This document shows, piece by piece, positions 19,701 through 29,614 of a stretch of DNA of 49,605 nucleotides; position 1 is the first letter of the stretch; each line of letters begins with the position of its first letter. The position numbers were made by a program, and so were the translations under genes. The notes under the pieces were generated by a model. It made no database searches, had not been told where the DNA came from, and saw only the letters and a program-made list of their open reading frames with translations. The stretch comes from Candidatus Lindowbacteria bacterium RIFCSPLOWO2_12_FULL_62_27. GTDB lineage: Bacteria; Lindowbacteria; 2-12-FULL-62-27. Where the stretch lies: positions 1 to 49,605 of the forward strand of contig MFPR01000023.1 of assembly GCA_001784175.1 (NCBI GenBank). The letters are read 5' to 3'.

Positions 19701-20536
19701 CGAATTTCTCGACATATTACCGGATTGACACCTACGTCGTCGGCGCGGGCTTTTCGGCCGCCGCGCTTGAAACGACCACGCGCTTGCTGGGGGTCGACAC
19801 CTATTATTGGCGCGTGATCGCAGTCGACAACGCCGGCAACACGTCAGGTTCGCCGCCGCCGCCGTACAAGCTCAGTCTCGTCGAGCCGAGCGGATCGATC
19901 GCGTTCGACAAGGCCGAGTACAAGGGCGTGAGCGAGCTGGCGCGGATCCTGCTGACCGACGCGCTCGCGAATCTGTCGCCGAACCTGGTCGACCAGGCGG
20001 AGATTACCGTCACGAGCGACGCCGATCTCCTCGGATTCACGATGTTCCTGACGGAGACCGACCTGAACACGAACATCTTCTCGGGAACCATTCAGTTCAC
20101 GAGCGGGATGACCGACAAGACCGCGCGGAAGATCCGCGTGAACCCCGGCAGCGGCGTGACGGTGCGGCGGGTCCAGACCAACGGCGTCGTCATCACGGGC
20201 GGGACCCGCTGGCTGTCGGACTTCGGAACCACGCCGCCGCAGGACGTGAACAAGGCGCGGAGCTGGCCGAACCCGTGGAACCCGACGTCCGGCGAGCCGC
20301 TCATCATCCAGAACCTGCCGGCCGACCCGTCGATGAGCATCGAGATTTACACGCTCGACATGCGAAAAGTCCGGAGCCTCTACAACGGCAGCGGCATCAG
20401 CGTCTCGAACTTCGGCAGCGCCGCCCAGTGGGACGGCCGCAACGACGCGGGCGATTACGTGGCCAGCGGCGTGTACCTCTACGTGATCAAGAGCCAGTTC
20501 GGGACGACGGTCAAGAAGATCACGCTGGTGAAATAG
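10709..20536 (+). CDS. Giant secreted repeat protein (~3275 aa): N-terminal module homologous to the 388-aa protein, 29 FN3-like repeats, C-terminal FlgD-Ig/T9SS-type sorting-like domain
   Basis: Signal peptide MRGSVFRRMTALWMMVCAVLGLWTAPAPA from ATG 10709 (or 10733); 29 occurrences of a (Y/F)(Y/F)W(R/K) strand; C-terminus WPNPWNP..IEIYTL..KVRSL..WDGRNDAG..VASGVYLY..KKITLVK. Confidence 0.88.
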   Translation: MRGSVFRRMTALWMMVCAVLGLWTAPAPAGHGDTHAPVKTVITFDTVTVKYMWPLWTSAVNHDSDARYSNKDYETVQLLSAVDVTTNLETAYIGPRDSVIFIRHIRNLGNGYDTYRVRGDSQPGVNFVTGIFLDAADGDSVFDGSDPPAATAVVGALKETVVLVRVQAPPTAVDGQIDTLLLSATSDAAVLSADTVTLVLTLDSQPPTAPSLQSPAGGFETNSLRPAFRWDTSADTLAGLAWYRFELDTSGLFVNLVLSDTRTDTAFTPAADMSAGRYFWRVLAVDTVGNVSRSNPDSNRLVIDTSAAVSAVGPPDGHETNAAAVRFEWASTEAETYTWQLSKSAAFATIADSAVDTRVTSLNRTLPDQDTYFWRVLARDTAGNYDTTAVRALLLDTLVGQVSLTAPADGLETQAASVPILWSAVPDSVGIDSYAVEVAKTTAFSDVVFADTVDGVFATDTVTGLYNDTYFWRVRAVDDLGNSGAYSAARGFVTDTSVAQVSPAGPSDAHETTNASVVVTWTAVGDSVGIDSYAVEASKNAGFESLSFVDTVDGALTGDTITGLYNDTYYWRVRAVDVQGNGGANSATRGFVVDTLAGQVNVSGPADGHETTNVNVVVTWTALADSVGIDSYAVEASKSAAFASVAFADTVDGALTGDTIMGLYNDTYYWRVRAIDDLGNAGANSTARGFVVDTQVEAVSVTAPSDAHETTNASVVVSWTAVGADTVGIDSYVVEASKTVAFAEVVFADTTDGTNTTDTITGLYNDTYYWRVRAVDDLGNAGANSATRGFVADTHVGQVSLSMPADGHETTSVSVVATWTAVADSVGIDSYAVEASPSAAFSIVVFADTTDGTTTADTITGLYNDTYYWRVRAVDDLGNGGAVSTARGFVVDTSIGQVSVTGPTDGHETTNASVVVTWTAVADSVGIDSYAVEASKSAAFASVVFADTTDGTNTTDTITGLYNDTYYWRVRAIDEAGNAGVNSAARGFVVDTAVEQVSLSLPADGHDTTNASVVVSWAAVGADSVGIDSYVVEASKSAAFAAVVFADTTDGANTTDTITGLYNDTYYWRVRAIDDLGNAGANSATHGFVVDTAVGQVSATGPADGHETTNVSVVVTWSAVADSVGIDSYAVEASKSAVFAGMAFADTVEGALTGDTVTGLYNDTYFWRVRAIDDLGNGGAYSAARAFVVDTSIEQVVAVSPSDGHETTSASVVVSWTAVGADSVGIDSYVVEASKSAGFVAIVFVDTTDGTNTADTITGLYNDTYYWRVRAVDDVGNISANSSTRGFVVDTAVAQVSVSSPAAGHETTNVSVVVAWSAASDSVGIDSYAVEASKSTAFADVVFVDTTDGTNATDTITGLYNDTYYWRVRAIDDLGNIGAVSTARGFVVDTSIGQVSVTSPADAHETTNASVGVTWSAVSDSVGIDSYAVEASKSTAFAAVVFVDTTDGTNTTDTITGLYNDTYYWRVRAIDDVGNVGAASATRGVLVDSGAGQVALVSPATNSSTSDSTPTLTWAALSDSVGIDSYVIEVSLSASFASFVFTDTVDGTLISDTPTALAESTYYWRVRAIDQLGQAGQNSDSFIFRIDTGISLTLTNPPANHDTNAATLRFEWDADADTFTWQLSKSSTFATISDSVVDTRVTSLVRTLPEPDTFYWRVIARDTASNYDTATGRRLILDTAVEQVTVTAPADGHETTNVSVTVSWTAIGADSVGIDSYVVEASKSVGFAEVVFVDTTDMTNTTDTVTGLYNDTYFWRARAVDNVGNVGANSTARGFVVDTAVGQVSLASPADAHETTNASVGVTWSAVSDSVGIDSYAVEASKGTAFAAVVFADTTDGTNTADTITGLYNDTYFWRVRAVDDLGNIGANSAARGFVVDTSIAQVSVSSPADAHETTNASVVVTWSAVSDSVGIDSYAVEASKSSAFASVVFADTPDGTNTTDTITGLYNDTYYWRVRAIDDVGNAGANSTARGFVVDTAVDQVGAASPADGHETTNASVVVSWSAIGADTVGIDSYVVEAAKSAAFASVLFADSVDAGLTSDTITGLYNDTYFWRVRAVDDLGNVGANSTARGFVVDTAIAHVSAAAPADGHETNATPVRVSWSTASDSVGIDSYAVEASKSTAFAAVVFVDTTDGTNTTDTITGLYNDTYYWRVRAIDDLGNSGAFSTGRGFLIDTAIGQVVLATPASYTMTTDSTPALTWTALTDSAGIDSYVVEVSASPAFAALSFADTVDGTKAADTTAVLADSTYYWRVRAIDAVGNVGANSESSVLRVDTGVSVSLSSPADGHETNSATVTFAWSSADAETYTWQLSKSAAFTTVIDSVVDSTATEVRRTLPDQDTFFWRVIARDTVGNVDTTIRRIVILDTRVDSVTVVGPENGHETNVAYPALSWTVPADSVGIDSFVVEVSKSIAFTSLALADTIDGTRTGDTLIGVYNDTYYWRVRAIDRVGNVGPNSDTRGFLVDTAVGTVTLVSPVSGTVTSDTTPTLSWNAPADSVGIDSYAIEVSGNLSFAALVFADTVDGALTADTVTALTDSAYYWRVRAVDDMGNFGPSSDTFTLSIDTGLKVTLTGPADGHETNSAAVRFSWTADADTFTWQLSKTAAFTTIVDSAVDTNVSSLVRSLPQEDTFYWRVIAKDTVSNSDTSAARGLIVDTSVRQVTAAAPAAGHETANTQPVTAWSAVADSVGIDSYAVEVSKAAAFTSVIFADTIDGAILSDTLTGLYNDTYFWRVRAIDDLGNVGLPSDSRGILIDTFAPKVTLSAPADLHETNNATPVVGWTAVSDSAGVDSYVVEAAKNAAFTSLVFADTVAGARTSDTLGNLYNDTYYWRVRAIDVLGNVGQNSDTRKILLDTQGASVNLAGPANGSVTTDTTPTFSWQAVSQVGIDSFVLMVSRASTFQPLDFVDTVDGAIMSDTATILVEDTYYWKVIAIDNAGNTPASAAWTLLVDTASPTAPTLVAPAYGHETSNLKPYFTWTTSSDKVSGVYAYRLEISTDSNFSTYYRIDTYVVGAGFSAAALETTTRLLGVDTYYWRVIAVDNAGNTSGSPPPPYKLSLVEPSGSIAFDKAEYKGVSELARILLTDALANLSPNLVDQAEITVTSDADLLGFTMFLTETDLNTNIFSGTIQFTSGMTDKTARKIRVNPGSGVTVRRVQTNGVVITGGTRWLSDFGTTPPQDVNKARSWPNPWNPTSGEPLIIQNLPADPSMSIEIYTLDMRKVRSLYNGSGISVSNFGSAAQWDGRNDAGDYVASGVYLYVIKSQFGTTVKKITLVK
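11324..19880 (+). repeat. Intragenic tandem array of 29 FN3-like units, main type with 297/300-bp period
   Basis: Tyr codon of LYNDT at 12104, 12401, 12698, 12998, 13295, 13592, 13892, 14189, 14489, 14786 and 15083. Array boundaries approximate. Confidence 0.95.
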
Positions 20537-20563
20537 GAGGCGCTATGCTAAGAAGTGACGGCG

Positions 20564-20878
20564 ATGGATAACGAAACGTTTATTCTGCAGGTTCGCGGCA
20601 TGATTTCCGTGCTGGACACGCTCCGGCAGTCGCTCTCGGCCGAAATCCAGAAACTGGATGAAACGGCCAAACGGCTCGAGGACAGCAGCCACCTGGGCAG
20701 CGCCTCGGCGTTCGATTTCGGCCTGGAGGATCAGTCAGCCGCGATGAAACGTGTGAAAAAGGAAATCTCCAAGGCGTCGCGGGAGGTCAAGAGACTCTCA
20801 AAGGACCTCGAAGCCGCGCAATCCAAGAAAATCGCCGAACAGTCCGGATCCCTCACCGACAAGATTGAGGATCAATGA
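20564..20878 (+). CDS. Small coiled-coil hypothetical protein
   Basis: ~104-aa charged helical ORF (MDNETFILQ..) directly after the giant gene; alternative GTG start at 20555; overlaps the gltD stop by 7 nt. Confidence 0.7.
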   Translation: MDNETFILQVRGMISVLDTLRQSLSAEIQKLDETAKRLEDSSHLGSASAFDFGLEDQSAAMKRVKKEISKASREVKRLSKDLEAAQSKKIAEQSGSLTDKIEDQ

Positions 20879-22329
20879 TGAAACGGGCTCGTGGGTAGCG
20901 AGGTGACGCCCATCAGATACTGATCCACGCCTCGCGCGCATTCGCGGCCTTCCCAGATGGCCCACACGACCAGGGACTGGCCGCGGCGGGCGTCGCCGCA
21001 GGCGAAGATGCCCGGGATGCCGGTCATGTAATTTTTGTCATTTTTGACGTTGCCGCGATCTGTCATTTCCACGCCGAGATCCTTGATCAGCGTATTTTTT
21101 TCCGGCCCCAAAAATCCCAGCGCCAGCAAAACGAGATCGACCTCCAGCTCGAACTCGCTGCCCGGAATTTCGATCATCCGGGGCGACTGGCCGTTCTGGT
21201 CGGCTTTCCACTCGACCCGGATCACGTGCATTTTTTGGACGCGGCCGTTTTCTCCGGAAAAACGTTTCGTCAGGATCCCCCATTCGCGCTGTCCGCCCTC
21301 CTCGTGCGAGGAGGAGGTGCGGAAGACCCGGCCCCATTCGGGCCAGGGATTGTGGGTCGCGCGCGTTTCCGGAGGTTTCGGCAAAAGTTCAAACGAGTGG
21401 AGGCTCTTGCAGCCCTGCCGGAGGGACGTTCCGTGGCAGTCGGACCCGGTGTCGCCGCCGCCGAGAATGACCACGCGCTTGTCTTTCGCGGAGATGAAGC
21501 GGTCGTCCGGGATGGCGTCGCCCTGGTTGCGCTTGTTCTGTAGCGGCAAAAATTCCATCGCGAAATGAACGCCCATGAGTTCGCGGCCCGGGATCGGCAG
21601 GTCCCGCGGCTGGGTGGCGCCGGTGGCGATGACGAGCGCGTCGTGACCGCTGCGAATCTCCGCCACCGAGACATTGACGCCGACGTGCGCGTTGGTCCGA
21701 AACTCCACGCCTTCGGCCGCCATGAGTTCGATCCGCCGCTGGACCACCCATTTTTCTAGTTTGAAGTCCGGGATGCCGTACATGAGCAGGCCGCCGACGC
21801 GGTCGGAGCGCTCGAAGACCGTCACCTGATGGCCGGCCTTGTTCAACTGGTCGGCGCAGGCGAGGCCCGAGGGGCCGGACCCCACGACCGCCACGCGTTT
21901 TCCCGTGCGGACTTTCGGCGGGGTGGGTTTGATCCATCCTTCCCGATATCCGTGTTCGGCGATTTCCTGTTCGATCCGCTCGATGGTGACGGGATTGTTG
22001 TATATATTGAGGACGCACGCGTCTTCGCAGGGCGCCGGGCAGATCCGGCCGGTGAACTCGGGGAAATTGTTGGTCGACAAAAGCGACGTCAGCGCCTCCT
22101 TCCAGCGGTTCCGGTATCCGAAATCGTTCCAGTCCGGGATGATGTTGCCGAGGGGGCATCCCTTGTGGCAGAAGGGGATGGCGCAGTCCATGCATCGGCC
22201 GGCCTGTTTCTTGAGGAGACTTTCCGGAAACTTGGTGTGGACATTCTCCCAGTCCTTGATCCGCTCCTGGACCGGCCGGTCGGCCGGCAGCTCGCGTTCC
22301 TCCTCGAGAAATCCGGTGATCTTGCCCAT
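20872..22329 (-). CDS. gltD: Glutamate synthase small subunit
   Basis: MGKITGF start, RCMDC.IPFC..GCP Fe-S motif, NNFPEFTGRICPAPCE, GSGP.GL, GGGDTGSDC, GD.RRGQSLVVWAI.EGR. Confidence 0.97.
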   Translation of the reverse strand: MGKITGFLEEERELPADRPVQERIKDWENVHTKFPESLLKKQAGRCMDCAIPFCHKGCPLGNIIPDWNDFGYRNRWKEALTSLLSTNNFPEFTGRICPAPCEDACVLNIYNNPVTIERIEQEIAEHGYREGWIKPTPPKVRTGKRVAVVGSGPSGLACADQLNKAGHQVTVFERSDRVGGLLMYGIPDFKLEKWVVQRRIELMAAEGVEFRTNAHVGVNVSVAEIRSGHDALVIATGATQPRDLPIPGRELMGVHFAMEFLPLQNKRNQGDAIPDDRFISAKDKRVVILGGGDTGSDCHGTSLRQGCKSLHSFELLPKPPETRATHNPWPEWGRVFRTSSSHEEGGQREWGILTKRFSGENGRVQKMHVIRVEWKADQNGQSPRMIEIPGSEFELEVDLVLLALGFLGPEKNTLIKDLGVEMTDRGNVKNDKNYMTGIPGIFACGDARRGQSLVVWAIWEGRECARGVDQYLMGVTSLPTSPFHH

Positions 22330-22336
22330 GAGCGGC

Positions 22337-26857
<4,521 letters not shown>

Positions 26858-26907
26858 TCCATGGCCCCCAGTCTGAAATTTGAGTTACGTAAGTTTGGTC
26901 GGACATT

Positions 26908-26936
26908 ACCATAACCGATTTGAGGGATTTGGTCAA
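26908..26936 (-). promoter_or_regulatory. sigma70-type promoter for gltBD
   Basis: Minus strand TTGACC-17 nt-TATGGT, about 50 nt upstream of the gltB start, with an AT-rich tract upstream. Confidence 0.65.
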
Positions 26937-27095
26937 ATATTCTGGATGAATTTTAAATTTTTTACAAGATATCTCTCCATGCCGGATGAAGGCTCTTGAG
27001 AACCGCCGCATCCAGCGTCCAACCGGTCAGGACCGTGGCGCCAAGCAGGATGCTCGCGCCTGCGGTGGTCTGGGAGATTCGTTTGAAGGGTATGT

Positions 27096-29048
27096 TCATT
27101 TTTTTGCGGCGAGGCCGGACATGACCAGAAGCTCCGCGACGCTCCAGGCCTGCGCCACGCAGCCTTTGGGTTCATGAGGCGGATCTCCGTCGAATATTTC
27201 CGATACGGTGCCCATGACGCAATCGGACAGATGGCGCCGAAAGCCGTTGAGGATTCCGCGAAGGTGTTGCCGCGTTTTTGCCGTGCCGCCCTCGACCCGG
27301 ACACACGCGCGGGCGTAGGGTCCGAGAAGCCAGGGCCAGACGGTGCCCTGGTGATAGGCTGCGTCCCGATCGAGCCGCGCGCCCGCGTGACGGCCTTTGT
27401 AATCCGGGTGATCGGGCGACAGCGTGCGCAGTCCCACGGGCGTCAAAAGTTTCCGCCGGACCGCCGCAAGGATTTTTTTTCCGCGCTTGCGATCCTCAAG
27501 GATCGGGTGGGTCAGCGACATCGCGATCAGTTGGTTCGGACGCAAATCCGCGACGGGCGCGCCGTCCGGTCGAAGGCAGTCGTAGAGATGCGATCCGGCC
27601 GGATACCAATAACGCTCCTGGAAAGAAGTTCGACCGCGCCGGGCGAACTCCAGCGCCGATTCGACGAGTTTGCCGGGCCCGCCGAATCGCGTCGACAAAT
27701 CGCAAAAGATTCTCAGCGCGTTGTACCACAGCGCCTGGATTTCGACCGGAAATCCATGTCGGGGCGTCACCACCCAGTCCCCCACTTTGGCGTCCATCCA
27801 GGTCAGTTGTGTTCCCTCCTCGCCGGAAAAGAGGAGGCCGGTATCGGGATCGGCCTTGATGTTGAATCGCGTGCCGGCCAGATGGTGCTGGATGATCGAT
27901 TGAAAAACAGGAAAGAGTTTACGGCGGACGAAGGCATGGTCCCGGCTGTACGCGAGATACTTCCAGCCCGCTTCGAAAAACCAGAGCGAGGCATCCACCG
28001 TGTTGTAGTGCGGTTCCTCGCCGGCGTCCGGATAATGGTTGGGAATCATCCCCTGTGATTCGGCGCCGGCAAAGGCGGCCAGAATGTCCCGGGCCGCTTT
28101 CCATTCACGGCGGACCAGCGTCAGCCCTTCCAGGGAAATCATCGTGTCCCGGCCCCAATCGGTAAACCAGGGATAGCCGGCGACGATGGTCCGTTTGCGG
28201 CCTGGTGTCCGCCGGACCAGAAATTGATCGGCGGCGGCGCTCAGAATTTTTCGGACCGGCGCGGCCGGCGTTCGGCCCTGCGGACGGAGGCGCATCGTGA
28301 AACGTCTCCGCCGTATCTCCGCGTCCCGCCACCGATCCGGCTGCGGACTCCGGACGGGACCATCGGAAAGGATGACCTCGAGAACACCGCCGGGATTCAG
28401 ATCGAACACGATTCGACCGGGCGAATCAAACCACTCTGTGTCCTCCATCCCCTGCCGCGTTTCCCAATCGTATCGGGCGGGCCCGATCACTTTGGGGTCC
28501 GGCACGTAGGCGCCCCTGCTGTGCCACAGCCATGCCGATTCATCGCCTCGTGAGAACACGACTTGGCGATGGTCGAGCGTCTTCGCCGTTACGCCGCCGG
28601 CGGCGGGCATGGCCGAATCGATGGCATGATGGTCTCGAAGGCCCGGCAGGATTCGGAGAGAAAAATGAACGGCGCCGCCACGATCGAGCCGGTACTGAAT
28701 CAGCGTGACATTGTGCTCGTATCGCATCGAGAGCGTTCGAATCAAACGGCAGGTGCGTCCGCCCGCCTCTTGCCATTCGTAGATGAAGGTGGGTAGCGGT
28801 TCAAGGGAAAAATCAACGATCGCCCCCGACGCTGGCCGGTCCGGCGAAGGGTCCAGCAAGACGGCTTGGCTTGCGGTCTCGGCGGACAGGAGCAGCGCCG
28901 CAAACAGCATCCGCCGCTCCACCGGGGGCCGCCTCGCGGCGATCAGCAGTCCATGGTATCGGCGCGAGGGCCGTCCGTCGGCCGCGCCGAAGGCATACCC
29001 CCCCAGCCCGTTGGTGACGAGCCATTCCTTCCGCGTGTCCGGGCGCAA
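27096..29048 (-). CDS. Glycogen debranching enzyme, amylo-alpha-1,6-glucosidase type (GDE_N + GDE_C)
   Basis: EWLVTNGLGGYA, RRYHGLL, AGYPWFTDWGRDTMISL, QLTWMDAK, RPNQ, YHQGTVWPWL, EIFDG..QAWSVAE. TTG start without obvious SD. Confidence 0.93.
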   Translation of the reverse strand: MRPDTRKEWLVTNGLGGYAFGAADGRPSRRYHGLLIAARRPPVERRMLFAALLLSAETASQAVLLDPSPDRPASGAIVDFSLEPLPTFIYEWQEAGGRTCRLIRTLSMRYEHNVTLIQYRLDRGGAVHFSLRILPGLRDHHAIDSAMPAAGGVTAKTLDHRQVVFSRGDESAWLWHSRGAYVPDPKVIGPARYDWETRQGMEDTEWFDSPGRIVFDLNPGGVLEVILSDGPVRSPQPDRWRDAEIRRRRFTMRLRPQGRTPAAPVRKILSAAADQFLVRRTPGRKRTIVAGYPWFTDWGRDTMISLEGLTLVRREWKAARDILAAFAGAESQGMIPNHYPDAGEEPHYNTVDASLWFFEAGWKYLAYSRDHAFVRRKLFPVFQSIIQHHLAGTRFNIKADPDTGLLFSGEEGTQLTWMDAKVGDWVVTPRHGFPVEIQALWYNALRIFCDLSTRFGGPGKLVESALEFARRGRTSFQERYWYPAGSHLYDCLRPDGAPVADLRPNQLIAMSLTHPILEDRKRGKKILAAVRRKLLTPVGLRTLSPDHPDYKGRHAGARLDRDAAYHQGTVWPWLLGPYARACVRVEGGTAKTRQHLRGILNGFRRHLSDCVMGTVSEIFDGDPPHEPKGCVAQAWSVAELLVMSGLAAKK

Positions 29049-29104
29049 AGTGATATCATGATATCATGATATCATGATAGCTATCATGATATCATGATAT
29101 CACT
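29049..29104. repeat. Palindromic array of 8-bp ATATCATG tandem repeats
   Basis: AGTG-(ATATCATG)x3-ATAG|CTAT-(CATGATAT)x2-CACT: mirror-symmetric except for one extra unit on the left arm. Confidence 0.95.
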
Positions 29105-29110
29105 CTGGGA

Positions 29111-29611
29111 TCACCCGGAGTGGGCCGTCAGCGTTCGCATGATCTTGGTCGGCATGTACCAGAGCATCTCGCCCCGGGACTGGCCCGGCCGCCCGCCGAA
29201 CTCGATGGCCATGACCGCGCCTTTTTTGAACGGCAGGGGATGGTCGGCGCCCAGGAGAAAGGCCGCCAGGTGGCCGAGGTCCGGTTCGTGGCCGACCAGC
29301 ATCACCCTCTCGTCGTCGGACAGGCCGGCCAGCTCCTTGAGCACCAGGGGCGGCGCGCCGCCGGGTGCGAGCGATTCGATCAACTCCGTTTTTTTAAGAT
29401 CCAGCTCTTTCACGAGAATGTCGGCGGTCTGACGCGCGCGTTTGAGGGGGCTCGAGAAGACCCGGCCGGCGCGGAGGCCCGTCCGGACCAGTCCGCGCGC
29501 GGCTTCCTTCATTTTTTCGATCCCCTCCTCCGTGAGCGGCCGGGCTTCGTCCGATCCATCCCAGTCTTCGCGCTCCATGGCAACGGCGTGCCGGACCAGA
29601 TAGAGGATCAT
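29111..29611 (-). CDS. sixA: Phosphohistidine phosphatase SixA
   Basis: LYLVRHA..D..RPLT.EG, SSPL.RA.QTA, LVGHEP.L, FKKGA. Confidence 0.92.
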   Translation of the reverse strand: MILYLVRHAVAMEREDWDGSDEARPLTEEGIEKMKEAARGLVRTGLRAGRVFSSPLKRARQTADILVKELDLKKTELIESLAPGGAPPLVLKELAGLSDDERVMLVGHEPDLGHLAAFLLGADHPLPFKKGAVMAIEFGGRPGQSRGEMLWYMPTKIMRTLTAHSG

Positions 29612-29614
29612 CCG

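Noticed and set aside
11324-19880. CRISPR array or DGR template/variable repeats
   Set aside because: Repeats are in-frame ~300-bp coding units with no spacers, differences are not adenine-specific, and no cas or reverse transcriptase gene is present.
26885-26892. TTACGTAA palindrome in the gltB leader as an operator
   Set aside because: Only 8 bp and no second copy noticed at the other nitrogen promoter.
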